Below are positions 26,692-36,670 of a stretch of 64,000 nucleotides of DNA, piece by piece. The DNA lies in NCBI GenBank assembly GCA_050695215.1, contig JBOGSD010000068.1, positions 25,097-89,096 of the forward strand. Reading direction: 5' to 3'. The notes below the pieces were generated by a model. The model saw only the letters and a list, made by a program, of their open reading frames with translations. It searched no databases and had not been told where the DNA came from. A program made the translations under genes and the position numbers. The stretch's first letter is position 1. Each line of letters begins with the position of its first letter. The DNA comes from a bacterium. Its GTDB lineage: Bacteria; Sysuimicrobiota; Sysuimicrobiia; Sysuimicrobiales; Humicultoraceae.

Positions 26692-27555
26692 CTATTCGGC
26701 GGCCAGCTGGAGCGGCGGGGGCTGCGGGTCGGCGCGACGGTCCTGGGCGCGCTCGCGCAGCCGTTGAGGGACCTCAGGGGGCAGGTACTGACTGCCGAGC
26801 GGCACGCCGGTGGCCAGGTCGGCGCCGTGAAAGTCGGTCCCGCCGGTCACCAGAAGGCCGTGGCGTTTGGCCAGCGCCAGGTACCGCTCCACCATCTCGG
26901 GCGTATGGTCAGGGTAATAGGCCTCAATGCCTTCGAGGCCGTCTTCGATCAGCGACTCGACCCTGGCGTCGTCCCCCAGCCACCCGGGATGGGCCAGGAC
27001 GGGAATGCCGCCGGCCCGGCGGATGATCTGCACCGCCTCCCCCGGGGTGACCTTCAGCCGCTCCACATAGGCCGGGCCGTTCCGTCCGATGTACCGCGTG
27101 AAGGCCTCCGCGGTCTCGCTGACCCACCCCGCTTCGACCAGGGCGCGGGCGACGTGGGGCCGGCCGACCGCTCCTCCGCCGGAGAAGGCCAGCACCCGCT
27201 CCATGGCGACGGGGGCTCCCAGCGCGCGGAGTTTTTCCACCATGCGTTCGGCGCGGTGCAGCCGGCCGTCGCGGAGGCGGCGGAGCAGCCGCTGGAACCA
27301 GGCGACATGGTGGTCGAGCAGGTAACCCAGGAGGTGCACTTCCGCGCCCGGCACGTCGGTGTTGAGCTCCACCGCGGGCAGGACCTCGATCCCCACGCGG
27401 GCCCCGGCGGCCATCGCCCGGTCCACGCTATCGGTGGAATCGTGGTCGGCGACCGCCAGGATCCCCACGCCCGCGGCGCGGGCCAGATCGATCAGCTGCT
27501 CGGGGCTGAGCAGGCCGTCGCTGGCGGTGGTGTGCGCGTGCAGGTCGATGCGCAC
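26692..27555 (-). CDS. PHP-domain metal-dependent phosphoesterase
   Basis: MRIDLHAHTTASDG and downstream His/Asp motifs of the PHP family. Confidence 0.75.
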   Translation of the reverse strand: MRIDLHAHTTASDGLLSPEQLIDLARAAGVGILAVADHDSTDSVDRAMAAGARVGIEVLPAVELNTDVPGAEVHLLGYLLDHHVAWFQRLLRRLRDGRLHRAERMVEKLRALGAPVAMERVLAFSGGGAVGRPHVARALVEAGWVSETAEAFTRYIGRNGPAYVERLKVTPGEAVQIIRRAGGIPVLAHPGWLGDDARVESLIEDGLEGIEAYYPDHTPEMVERYLALAKRHGLLVTGGTDFHGADLATGVPLGSQYLPPEVPQRLRERAQDRRADPQPPPLQLAAE

Positions 27556-28341
27556 CTAGTCTGGGCCCTCCTGCAGTTCCCGAATTCGCTCGATCGCCCG
27601 GGCGTGCCCGTCCCCATCGACGTCGATCACCACCCCGTTCAGCTGTGCCACGCCCCCGGCCACGGTGAAGCGGGTGGGCAGACCGGAGCGGAAGTGCTCC
27701 AGGATGACCTCCCGGTCCATGCCGATAACCCCGTCCCGCGGCCCCGTCATGCCGACGTCGGTGATGTAGGCGGTCCCACCCGGCAGGATGCGCTCGTCCG
27801 CGGTCTGGACGTGGGTGTGCGTTCCGACGACCGCGGAGACGCGGCCGTCCAGATGCCAGCCCATGGCGATCTTCTCCGAGGTGGCCTCCGCGTGAAAGTC
27901 CACGACGATCACCGCCGCGCGATCGCGCAGTTCCGTCACCGCGGCGTCGGCGGCGCGGAAGGGGTCGTCCAATTCTCCCATGAAGACGCGGCCCTGCAGG
28001 TTGAGCACTCCGACCGCCGTCCCGTCCGCTTCCACCGTGGCCGCCCCCCGACCGGGCGCCCCCGGGGGGTAGTTGGCCGGCCGGAGCACGCGGGGATGCG
28101 CGTCCAGCAGCCCGTAGGCGTCGCGGTTGCGCCAGGTGTGGTTGCCGCCGGTGATGAGGTCGACGCCCGCGGCAAAGATCTCCTCCGCCGTCTCCTCGGT
28201 GATGCCCATCCCTCCGGCCGCGTTCTCGCCGTTGGCGATGACGAGGTGGGCGCCATGCCGCCGCCGCAGCTGGGGGAGGAGCGCCTTGAGGATGCGCCGG
28301 CCGGGTTTGCCGGTGACGTCGCCGATCAGCAAAATTCTCAT
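27556..28341 (-). CDS. ymdB: YmdB-family metallophosphoesterase (TIGR00282)
   Basis: MRILLIGDVTGKPGRR, GENAAGG and GTHTHVQTAD motifs. Sits immediately downstream of rny, as in Bacillus. Confidence 0.8.
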   Translation of the reverse strand: MRILLIGDVTGKPGRRILKALLPQLRRRHGAHLVIANGENAAGGMGITEETAEEIFAAGVDLITGGNHTWRNRDAYGLLDAHPRVLRPANYPPGAPGRGAATVEADGTAVGVLNLQGRVFMGELDDPFRAADAAVTELRDRAAVIVVDFHAEATSEKIAMGWHLDGRVSAVVGTHTHVQTADERILPGGTAYITDVGMTGPRDGVIGMDREVILEHFRSGLPTRFTVAGGVAQLNGVVIDVDGDGHARAIERIRELQEGPD

Positions 28342-28401
28342 CGACAGCCGTCCCGTCCGCCTCCGCGGCCCCCGCGCCGGCCGCCGCCTGAGGCATGGCG
28401 G

Positions 28402-29919
28402 TCAGCGGGCGTATTCGATGGCCCGCGTCTCGCGCAGGACCGTGACCTTGATCTGCCCCGGATACTCCAGGTCCGCTTCGATCTTCTTGGCCAGATCGCG
28501 GGCGAGGGCCTGGGCCGAAAGGTCGTCCACCTCCGTCGGCTTCACGATCACGCGGATCTCACGGCCGGCCGAGATCGCGAAGGATTTCTCCACTCCTGGG
28601 AACGAGGCGGCCAGCTGTTCGAGGTTCTGCAGCCGCTTGATGTACAGTTCGACGGTCTCTTTGCGCGCCCCCGGCCGGCTGGCCGAGATGGCGTCGGCCG
28701 CCGCCACAATGATCGCCTCGACGCAGGTGGCCTCGGCGTCTCCGTGATGGTACTCGATCGCGTTGATCACCTCGGGCGGCTCATGGTAGCGCCGGCAGAG
28801 ATCCACGCCGATGGCAGAATGGGTCCCGTCCACTTCGTGGGTGAGCGCCTTGCCGATGTCGTGGAGGATGGCGGCCCGCCGGGCCAGGGCGGGATCGGCC
28901 TCCAGGTAGGTGGCCAGCAGGCCCGCCAGCAGCGCCACTTCCACCGAGTGTTGGAGCAGGTTTTGGCCGTAAGAGTGGCGGAACTTCAGCCGGCCGAGGA
29001 TCTTGATCTCCTCCGGGTGCAGCCCGTGCACCCCGGCCTCGAACGCGGCCTGCTCCCCCTCCTCCTTGATGCGCTGCTCCAGTTCCCGCTGGGATTTTTC
29101 CACCATCTCCTCGATGCGGGCGGGGTGGATGCGCCCGTCGACGATCAACTTCTCCAGGGCCAGCTTAGCGATCTCCCGCCGCACCGGGTCAAAGGAGGAG
29201 AGCGTGACCGCCTCGGGAGTATCGTCGATGATCAGGTCCACGCCGGTGAGGCTCTCCAGCGCGCGGATGTTGCGGCCCTCCCGGCCGATCACCCGGCCCT
29301 TCATCTCTTCGTTGGGCAGGGGGACAACCGAGACGGTGATCTCCGCCGTGTGGTCGGCGGCCACGCGTTGGACGGCCAGGGCGACGATCTCGCGGGCGCG
29401 CCGGTCGGCGTCCTCCCGGGCCCCGGATTCGATCTTCTTGGTCAGGGCGGCCGCATCCCCGCGCGCCTCATCGCCGACCTGGCGCAGCAACTGCTCCCGC
29501 GCCTCGTCGGCGGTGAGCCCGGAAACGCGCTGGAGCTCAGCCTTGGCGTGTTCTCTGAGGGCGTCGACCTCTTCGCGCGCCCCCGTCACGTCCTGTTCCT
29601 TCTGCGCGATCAGCCGTTCGCGTTTCTCCTGGACTTCTCCCCGCCGTTCGAGGTTCTCCTCACGCTGGACCAAACGCCGCTCGAGGCGCTGGATTTCCGT
29701 CCGCTGCTCGCGGATCTCACGCTCAGATTCTCGTTTCAGCCGGAAGGCCTCGTCTTTGGCTTCGACGACTGTCTCCCGCTTCTTTGCGTCTGCCTCTCTC
29801 GCCGCCTCCTCCACAATCTTGCGGGCGGCGGTCTCGGCGGATTGAATCCGCGCCTCGGCGACGCTCTTGCGCAGGAAGAATCCAAGGAGGAACGCGATCA
29901 CCCCCACCCCAACGAGCAA
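28402..29919 (-). CDS. rny: Ribonuclease Y
   Basis: N-terminal TM helix, coiled-coil, KH domain and HD domain (HSVEVA...HDIGK). Confidence 0.88.
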   Translation of the reverse strand: MLVGVGVIAFLLGFFLRKSVAEARIQSAETAARKIVEEAAREADAKKRETVVEAKDEAFRLKRESEREIREQRTEIQRLERRLVQREENLERRGEVQEKRERLIAQKEQDVTGAREEVDALREHAKAELQRVSGLTADEAREQLLRQVGDEARGDAAALTKKIESGAREDADRRAREIVALAVQRVAADHTAEITVSVVPLPNEEMKGRVIGREGRNIRALESLTGVDLIIDDTPEAVTLSSFDPVRREIAKLALEKLIVDGRIHPARIEEMVEKSQRELEQRIKEEGEQAAFEAGVHGLHPEEIKILGRLKFRHSYGQNLLQHSVEVALLAGLLATYLEADPALARRAAILHDIGKALTHEVDGTHSAIGVDLCRRYHEPPEVINAIEYHHGDAEATCVEAIIVAAADAISASRPGARKETVELYIKRLQNLEQLAASFPGVEKSFAISAGREIRVIVKPTEVDDLSAQALARDLAKKIEADLEYPGQIKVTVLRETRAIEYAR

Positions 29920-30160
29920 TCCGATCGCGAGGGGGTCGATGGGTGGTCACCTCCTCTGCCCGCCTGATGGCGGGCGAATATGAGAACGGCGCCCCCGCGG
30001 GGGCGACCGTCACCCTGCTGCAGAACGCCGCGCGCATCACCTGCCGTTCGAGCGGAAATGAGCGCACAAGACCTATCTCCGTCATTCTACGCGAGAGGTC
30101 AAAAACAGGTCAAGAAACCCAGGACACTACCCGGCTCGGGGACCCCGGCCGCGGCGCTGG

Positions 30161-32395
30161 TCAGTGCGTCGTGGGGGGTGGCTGCCAGAGGGGCCCGGGC
30201 AGGTCGGGCGGCGGCGGCGCGGAGGCGTCCACGGGGATGACGCGGTCGGCGTAGGGTTCATACTCCGGGCGGCACGTAAACAGCAACACCTGGTGGGTCT
30301 CGCTGACGCGGCGCAGCAGGGCCATCGCCGCGGCCAGACGCTCCGGATCGAAGGAGCCAAAGGGGTCGTCCAGCAGCAGCGGCGGGCGCCGCCCCTCCGA
30401 GAGCACCTCCACCAGGGCCAGGCGGACGGCCAGGTAGACCTGGTCGGCGGTGCCCCGGCTGAGGGTCGGTTCGGCCGGCTCGACCCACTGTGCCGCCGCG
30501 TCGGCCCACACCGTGATCTGCAGCGGGTTTTCCGTGATGCTGACTCGCCCATACGCCGCCTGAGTGAGGAGGGCCAGGTACTCTCCCGCCCGCTCCTCCA
30601 CGCGCTGCCGGGCCGGGATCACGGTGAGCTCTCGGGCCAACCGCAGCCCTGCGGACGCCAGACGGACCACTCGTCCCCGACGCTCCGCCGTCTCGAGGGC
30701 CTCCTGCCGGTCGGCCAGGCGCTCCTCGGTGGCCGCCAGCGCTTCATCGTCGGGCGCGCCCTGGGCGGTCTCCCGCTCCAGATATTCTCGCCGCCCTGCG
30801 AGCGTATGCACCGTCTGGGTGAGGTCCTTCACCGTCCGCTCGAGCTGCTGCACCTCGAGGCCGGTGAGGCGTTTGGCCTCCGCGTCGCTCAGCTGAATCT
30901 CCCGTCCGGCCACGTCCGCGCGCCGCCGGTCGCGCGCCTCTCGGAGATCCGCAAGGTCCTGCCCGCCGAGATGGGCTGCCACCTGACTCCCGGTGCCGGT
31001 CCGGTCGTCTTCCAGCTGGCGCATCCGCGCGTGGCGCGCCAGCGCCTCCTCCACGGTGGCGCTCCCGGCCCCGGCGACCGTCTCTTGGAGGGCCGCCTGT
31101 GCCGCGATCAGTTCTTCCTGGGCCGCGGCGAGGTGTCGTTTGGCCTCCTCCAGCCGCAGGAGGGCCTCGGCGCGTGTCCGCGCCACGTCCTCACGGCGCC
31201 GCCGCCGCCGTTGCTCGAGGCCGAGCAGGAGGAGGCCAGCCAGGCCGGCCGCCACCGCCGCGGGCCAGAGGGGTCCGACCGACCAGACAGCCGCCGCCGC
31301 CGCGGCGACGGCGGCGAGGACGATCAGCAGCCAGCCGAGGGGTCGTCTCCGGCTCCGCGCGTCGACGGAGGCGGCGGATGCCGTCACGCTTCCGGTCAGC
31401 GTCTCGGCGGCACCGACCCTGCGTGCCAGGTCCTCGGCGGTCTTCTCCTGCTGCTGCACCCGCCCGGCCGCCGCGTGGATGCGGGCGACCGCGGTGTCGT
31501 CGGGGACTCCGCTGGCCTGGAGCGCCTCCAGGTCGCGCCCAATGCCTTCGAGGCGATCGTACCCTCGCTCGACGGCGTTCACGCGTTCCGCCAGTTGCCG
31601 GGCCTCCGCGCGGAAGTGCTCCAACTCGCGATCGATGCGGAGCAGCCGCTGGTTCTCGGTGAGCAGGGCCTCCCGGTCGGCGAGGTCGGTGGCCGCCCGG
31701 TCGGCCTCCTCTCGGAGGCGCCTGAGCTCCTCCCGCTGTCCCTCCAGCACCTCGACGCGGCGGCGGAGTCCATCCCGCTCCCGCGTCAGCGCGGCCACCT
31801 CGTCCTGCCGGCCGCGAATCACCCCGGGCGTTTTTACGGGACGACCATCCAGCCCCTTCTCCAGTTCAGCCAGTTCCTTGTCCAGCTTCTTGATCACTGC
31901 GCCCGCCTCGGCATCTCCCGGGCCGGCCTGAATGATGCGGGAGAGGCGCTGCCCGATGTCCGTGGCGCCTTTCTGCAGGACGGTCAGCTCGGTTTGCTCG
32001 ATCATGGCCGTCGACCGATACAAGGGCTCTGTGGAGAGGCCAAGGGCATGCTGCAGCCGTTCCTGGACCTTGCCGCCTTCCCACGACACGCCGTTGAGCA
32101 GATCACGGAGCTCCGTGCGGCGGTGCTCGAAATCCTTGCGCAGCTCGAAGCGCCTGCCGTCCAGCTCAAACTCTACGGAGATGGAGCCCACGCGGTCGCT
32201 GCCCCAGGGGCGCCACTCGGCGACCTTCTTGGCCGTCGTGGCCGGGTTGACGAAGAACGCGGCCAGGATGGCCTGACGCAGCGTCGACTTGCCGGCCTCA
32301 TTGGGACCGACCAGGAGGTTCAGGCCCGGATCGAAGCGGTACTCCGCATCGTCGAAGCGGCGGAAGTTGCGCAGACGGAGGGCGAGCAACCGCAT
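30161..32395 (-). CDS. sbcC: SbcC/Rad50-like DNA repair ATPase (744 aa)
   Basis: N-terminal Walker A GPNEAGKST, long coiled coil, C-terminal signature and D-loop (LLLDDPFGSFD). ATGA overlap with sbcD. Confidence 0.75.
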   Translation of the reverse strand: MRLLALRLRNFRRFDDAEYRFDPGLNLLVGPNEAGKSTLRQAILAAFFVNPATTAKKVAEWRPWGSDRVGSISVEFELDGRRFELRKDFEHRRTELRDLLNGVSWEGGKVQERLQHALGLSTEPLYRSTAMIEQTELTVLQKGATDIGQRLSRIIQAGPGDAEAGAVIKKLDKELAELEKGLDGRPVKTPGVIRGRQDEVAALTRERDGLRRRVEVLEGQREELRRLREEADRAATDLADREALLTENQRLLRIDRELEHFRAEARQLAERVNAVERGYDRLEGIGRDLEALQASGVPDDTAVARIHAAAGRVQQQEKTAEDLARRVGAAETLTGSVTASAASVDARSRRRPLGWLLIVLAAVAAAAAAVWSVGPLWPAAVAAGLAGLLLLGLEQRRRRRREDVARTRAEALLRLEEAKRHLAAAQEELIAAQAALQETVAGAGSATVEEALARHARMRQLEDDRTGTGSQVAAHLGGQDLADLREARDRRRADVAGREIQLSDAEAKRLTGLEVQQLERTVKDLTQTVHTLAGRREYLERETAQGAPDDEALAATEERLADRQEALETAERRGRVVRLASAGLRLARELTVIPARQRVEERAGEYLALLTQAAYGRVSITENPLQITVWADAAAQWVEPAEPTLSRGTADQVYLAVRLALVEVLSEGRRPPLLLDDPFGSFDPERLAAAMALLRRVSETHQVLLFTCRPEYEPYADRVIPVDASAPPPPDLPGPLWQPPPTTH

Positions 32396-33504
32396 CAGCC
32401 GGCGCCCGCCTCCGCCAGGAGCTGGCTCACCCCGGTCTGCAGCGCCTCCTCAAAGAGATCCTGCTCTTCCAGAGCCGCGGCCTGTGCCTGCTCACGCATC
32501 AGCCGGATGTAGCGTCCCACGAGCGTCCGCTCCGGGAAGGCGTTGAGCGTCTCCTCGTCCAGCCAGAGCCGCGACTGATTACGCACACGCGCGCGGAAAC
32601 ATCCTTCGGCGAGCTTCTCCTCCAGCTCCCGGGCCTCCAGGGTGTGCTCTGGCGTCACGGTTCCGCTCAAGACGACATCGAGCACCGCATCGGGGTTCGC
32701 CTCCGCGGCCAGCTGAGCTCGGACCCGGTCGGGATCGAGTCCGGAGATGTCCAGCTCCACCCGGCGGTAGCGCCGTCGTCCCACCGGGATGGGCGTGACC
32801 TCGGCTTGTCCGGGCGCGGGAATCGTGACCAGGAGCGCCTGTCCCGCTTCCTGGTCCATCGCCAGAAACTCCGGCGCTCCGGCGTACCAGGCGGGTGCGG
32901 GTGGAGGCGTGACCTGCTGGGCGGTATGCCAGTCGCCCAGGGCGAGGTAGTCGAGAGCGAGCGCGCGGATATCTGAGGGATGGATCGTGCCGGCCTCGAC
33001 CACGCCTTCCCGGTAGGCGCTGCCGTGGGCCAGGCCGATCGCAAAGCGGGCCCCCCGCTCCTTCGGCCAGGCGCGCAACGGTTGCGGCCCCTCTGGTCCC
33101 ACTGACTGGCCAACGACGGTCAGATCGAGATCGGGGTACGCTTTCACCCGAGGATCGGACCCAAAGAGCGTCACGTTGGAACAGACGTCTTCAATGCGGG
33201 CCCGCGCCCAGACGCTCCCCTCTCCCAGCCGGTCGTGGTTGCCGGCCAGCAAGGCGACGCGCACCCCTGCGTCGCGCAGGCGGAGGAATTGCTCACGGAC
33301 GAAGCCCAGCGTCCCCTCGCTCTGGCGGTGGGAATGGAAGAGATCTCCGGCGATGAGCAGCAGGTGGACCGGTTCGGCCAGCGCCACGTCGACGAGCCGG
33401 GCAAAGGTCCGCTGCAACTGCTCGCGGTGGTCCCGCCCGCGCTCTCCCAGGGCCGGAAAGGCCATCCCCAGGTGCACATCGGCCGTGTGCAAGAGCTTGA
33501 TCAT
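32395..33504 (-). CDS. sbcD: SbcD/Mre11-family nuclease
   Basis: Calcineurin-like phosphoesterase motifs (HTADVHLG, GDLFH, GNHD). Confidence 0.8.
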   Translation of the reverse strand: MIKLLHTADVHLGMAFPALGERGRDHREQLQRTFARLVDVALAEPVHLLLIAGDLFHSHRQSEGTLGFVREQFLRLRDAGVRVALLAGNHDRLGEGSVWARARIEDVCSNVTLFGSDPRVKAYPDLDLTVVGQSVGPEGPQPLRAWPKERGARFAIGLAHGSAYREGVVEAGTIHPSDIRALALDYLALGDWHTAQQVTPPPAPAWYAGAPEFLAMDQEAGQALLVTIPAPGQAEVTPIPVGRRRYRRVELDISGLDPDRVRAQLAAEANPDAVLDVVLSGTVTPEHTLEARELEEKLAEGCFRARVRNQSRLWLDEETLNAFPERTLVGRYIRLMREQAQAAALEEQDLFEEALQTGVSQLLAEAGAG

Positions 33505-33510
33505 TTCAAA

Positions 33511-33614
33511 GTGTCCGGCGGCCTCATCTTTTCGGCGTCTCCGGCGGCCTCATCTTTTCGGCGTCTCCGGCGGCCTCATCATTCCGGCGTCTCCGGCGGC
33601 CTCATCATTCCGGC
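33511..33614. repeat. Tandem direct repeat, 26 bp x 4 copies (plus a partial fifth inside the helicase 3' end)
   Basis: Unit GTCTCCGGCGGCCTCATC(TT/AT)TTCGGC / ...ATTCCGGC repeated head-to-tail. Lies 7 bp upstream of the sbcD ATG and immediately after the helicase stop. Confidence 0.8.
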
Positions 33615-36600
33615 GTCTCCGGCAGCACCGGATCGCCTGTCGCGGTGTAGGGGCAGATCGAGTTGAAGGCGCAATAGCGGCAGGCCACATAGTAGTCGGG
33701 GGTGGCGATGAACTGCTGCGCGCGGACGCCCCCTGAGGCGTGCTCGATCACCTGTGTCGCCTCGGCCAGCATCTCCTCGTCCGGCGCGGTCTCTCCGACG
33801 AGCACCTGCTGCGGCCCCAGGAAGTGCAGTTCCAGCCGTTCCGGCGGTTTGCCGTAGACCTCCCGATAGGCTAGGGCGTAGATGCCGAGCTGGCGGCTCT
33901 CCCGCGCGCGACGGTCGGCGTCCTTCTGCGTGCGCACATCGCTGGTCTTAAAGTCGATGACGACCGCGTCAGATCCGCGCAGGTCGACGCGGTCCCAACG
34001 ACCTTTCACCCGGGTCAGCCCCACCTGGAAGGAAAAGGGCGCCTCCACGAAGGTGGGGCGCCGACCCTGGGCCTCCTGAAAATCGAAGAAGGTGCGCAGG
34101 ACCGCCCGCCCCTCCTCCATGCGCTGGTCCTCGTGCTCACGGCTGATGAACCCTTCGTTGATCCAGGCCCGCTCGAAGATCGTCAGCAGGTCGGCAGCGG
34201 TGACGGGCTGGGCGCGGGCGCGCCGGCGGTTGTACTCACGCACCGCCTCGTGCACGGCGCTGCCGTAGACGACGCGATGGTCGCGCAGCAGCGGCACGCG
34301 CAGGATGTGCGTGTACTTGAACTTCAGCGGGCAGGTCGCGTAGTCGTCCACCTGGCGAAACGAGAGGCTCAGCGGTTCCTCCGGCGGGATCACCCCGGCC
34401 AGGGTCTGCTGCCCCTCCGTGGGCGGCGCGTGCCGCTGGATCGTCTCCGTGGGGGCGGCTCGGAAGGCGGCGGACTCCGGCGCGGGACGGTCGAGCGCCT
34501 CCAGCACGAAGCGGCTGACCTTGCGTGGCCGCACCCCGCCGTAGTCGCGCGCGCTGGTCAGGTACAATTCGCGCCTCGTTCGCGTCATCGCCACGTAGAA
34601 GAGGCGCCGCTCCTCCTGCAGGTGGAAATCGCCCTGCGGCAGGAGATCCTTCACCAGCGGATCGGGCAGGGCGATCGGTTCCCCGCGGTTGCGCGTGGGG
34701 AAGCGGTCGGCCACGGCCGAGACCAGGAACACGACGGGAAACTCGAGCCCCTTGGCCTTGTGCACGGTGAGAACGTTGACGGCGTCGCTGTCGAAATCGG
34801 CCTCGGCCATCGCCGGGTCGTCCCCGGCGGCGATGAGGTCGTCCAGGTGCTTGACGAATTCGGGGACGCGATCGTAGGTGGCAATCTCGCCGTACCGCGC
34901 CACGATCTCGAAGAAACGGGCGAGGTTGCGCACGGCCATCTCGTCGGTGGGGTTCTCGGAGGTCGCCAACCGTCCCACCAGCCCGGTGCGGCTGACGAGA
35001 TAGCTGTAGAGGACACGCCCGGTGGGCTGGTCTTTCATCAGGCGGCGCATCTCGTCGAGGTCGTCGAGCAGGCGATCCAGCGCCGCCCGGGTCTCCGGCC
35101 CGATCTCTTCGGCCAGATCGGAGAAGGCGGTCAGTCGTCGGAAGACGTACTCCAGGGTCCGGTTCCGCCGGTTGGCATACGCCAGCGCCTTGGCCACGTC
35201 GGTCGGGCTGATCAGGTAGATCGGCGAGATCCCCAGGTAGTAGAGGCTGAGGTTGTCCGCCGGATTGGCCAGCGCCCGCAAGAAGGCGAGCACGAGGCGG
35301 ATCTCCTCCCGGTTGTAGAGCCCGCGGTTGCCGGTGAAGCGGTGCGGCACCCCCCGCAAGTTGAGCGCCCGCAGGAAGGGGTCGGCGTCGTGGTTGCTGC
35401 GGACCAGGATGGCGAAGTCTTTGTACCGGTACGCCGCGGCGGCCACCCGCTCGGCGATGTGCGCAGCCACCCCGTCGGCTTCACTGCTGAGGGTATCGAA
35501 GTGCAGGTGCTGCACCTCCGGACCCGTCGAGCTGGACGTGAGCCGTTTGTCGATCTGGTTGCGGACCTCCAGCCGGTCGGGATCGTTGTGGCGGATCAAC
35601 CGGTAGGCGACGTCCAGCACGGGCTGGGGTGAGCGGTAGTTGCGGGTGAGGACGACCTGGGTCGCGTCGGGATAGGTCGCGGTGAACCCCAGAATGTTGC
35701 TGATCGAGGCGCCGCGGAACTTGAAAATGGCCTGATCGTCGTCGCCGACGACGGTGACGGTGCGGTGCTGCCCCGCCAGCAGCTGCACCAATTGAAACTG
35801 CGCGTAGTTGGTGTCCTGAAATTCGTCCACCAGGATATAGCGGAACCGTTCCTGGTAGGCGCGCAGCACGCCGGGGCGCTCGCGGAAGAGGCGCAGGGGC
35901 AGCGTGATCTGGTCGCCGAAATCGAGCAGCCCTTCGCGCCCAAGCATTGTCTGGTAGACGCGGTAGGCTTGCGCCAGTTCGCCCTGCTTGCGCGCCGCGT
36001 CGGCCAATTCGGCGTCGTCGGAAGCCTGGGCGGCGGCCGCGGACACCCGCTCCGCGAAGGCAGCGTACTCCTCCGGTCCGGCGTCCTCGTCCTTCGCCCG
36101 GCTGAAGAGGGCGATGAGCGCCTCCACGTACCGGGTCGGGTCGCCGAGGGGCCGGTAGTACCGCAGGGGGAGCTCGAAGAGGCGGTCGCGCAGGAAGAGC
36201 ACCTGCTCGGCGCGGGAGAGGACGCGCACGTCCGGGGGCAGCCCCAACTCCAGGGCGTGCTGGCGCAGCACCCGGTCGCCGAAGGCGTGGAACGTGCCGA
36301 TGGTGATGTCCGTGTAGCCGTAGGGGGTGAGCAGGTCGACGCGTTCTTCCATCTCCGCGGCGGCCTTGTCGGTGAACGTGAGGGCCAGGATCTCCGAGGG
36401 GCGCGCGCGGCGGGCGGCGATCAGCCAGGCGATGCGGCGGGTGATCACCGACGTCTTTCCCGTCCCGGCTCCGGCGACGATGAGCAGTGGCCCTTCCCCG
36501 AACGTCACCGCGCGGAGCTGCTCTTCGTTCAACCCCTCCAGGGCCCGATCTGCCGCCCGTTCGGTCGTGCGGTCGCTGAAGCGATCTGGCGATCCCTTCG

Positions 36601-36670
36601 CGGCGAATTCTAAGATCAACTGGCCGCCGTCGGGGCGGTCAGGATAGCGCTGCAGAGGGCGTCCTGTCAT
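33605..36670 (-). CDS. UvrD/PcrA-like ATP-dependent helicase with C-terminal RecB/Cas4-type (Cys-cluster) nuclease domain (AddA/AdnB-like)
   Basis: Walker A AGAGTGKT and UvrD motifs. C-terminus carries CRYCAFNSICPY (Fe-S Cys cluster) and PD-(D/E)xK-like residues. Confidence 0.8.
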   Translation of the reverse strand: MTGRPLQRYPDRPDGGQLILEFAAKGSPDRFSDRTTERAADRALEGLNEEQLRAVTFGEGPLLIVAGAGTGKTSVITRRIAWLIAARRARPSEILALTFTDKAAAEMEERVDLLTPYGYTDITIGTFHAFGDRVLRQHALELGLPPDVRVLSRAEQVLFLRDRLFELPLRYYRPLGDPTRYVEALIALFSRAKDEDAGPEEYAAFAERVSAAAAQASDDAELADAARKQGELAQAYRVYQTMLGREGLLDFGDQITLPLRLFRERPGVLRAYQERFRYILVDEFQDTNYAQFQLVQLLAGQHRTVTVVGDDDQAIFKFRGASISNILGFTATYPDATQVVLTRNYRSPQPVLDVAYRLIRHNDPDRLEVRNQIDKRLTSSSTGPEVQHLHFDTLSSEADGVAAHIAERVAAAAYRYKDFAILVRSNHDADPFLRALNLRGVPHRFTGNRGLYNREEIRLVLAFLRALANPADNLSLYYLGISPIYLISPTDVAKALAYANRRNRTLEYVFRRLTAFSDLAEEIGPETRAALDRLLDDLDEMRRLMKDQPTGRVLYSYLVSRTGLVGRLATSENPTDEMAVRNLARFFEIVARYGEIATYDRVPEFVKHLDDLIAAGDDPAMAEADFDSDAVNVLTVHKAKGLEFPVVFLVSAVADRFPTRNRGEPIALPDPLVKDLLPQGDFHLQEERRLFYVAMTRTRRELYLTSARDYGGVRPRKVSRFVLEALDRPAPESAAFRAAPTETIQRHAPPTEGQQTLAGVIPPEEPLSLSFRQVDDYATCPLKFKYTHILRVPLLRDHRVVYGSAVHEAVREYNRRRARAQPVTAADLLTIFERAWINEGFISREHEDQRMEEGRAVLRTFFDFQEAQGRRPTFVEAPFSFQVGLTRVKGRWDRVDLRGSDAVVIDFKTSDVRTQKDADRRARESRQLGIYALAYREVYGKPPERLELHFLGPQQVLVGETAPDEEMLAEATQVIEHASGGVRAQQFIATPDYYVACRYCAFNSICPYTATGDPVLPETPE

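Noticed and set aside
29958-30004. GC-rich palindromes (GCCCGCCTGATGGCGGGC; GCCCCCGCGGGGGC) upstream of rny.
   Set aside because: They lack a following U-tract on either strand. Their position fits neither a terminator for sbcC nor a defined operator. They are left unannotated.
30096-30112. AGGTCA-N5-AGGTCA direct repeat in the rny/sbcC intergenic region.
   Set aside because: A single short occurrence with no second copy elsewhere in the window. It cannot be distinguished from chance.
33511-33614. Possibility that the 26-bp tandem repeats are a CRISPR array.
   Set aside because: The copies are directly adjacent with no spacers, and no cas genes are present. They are a simple tandem duplication.
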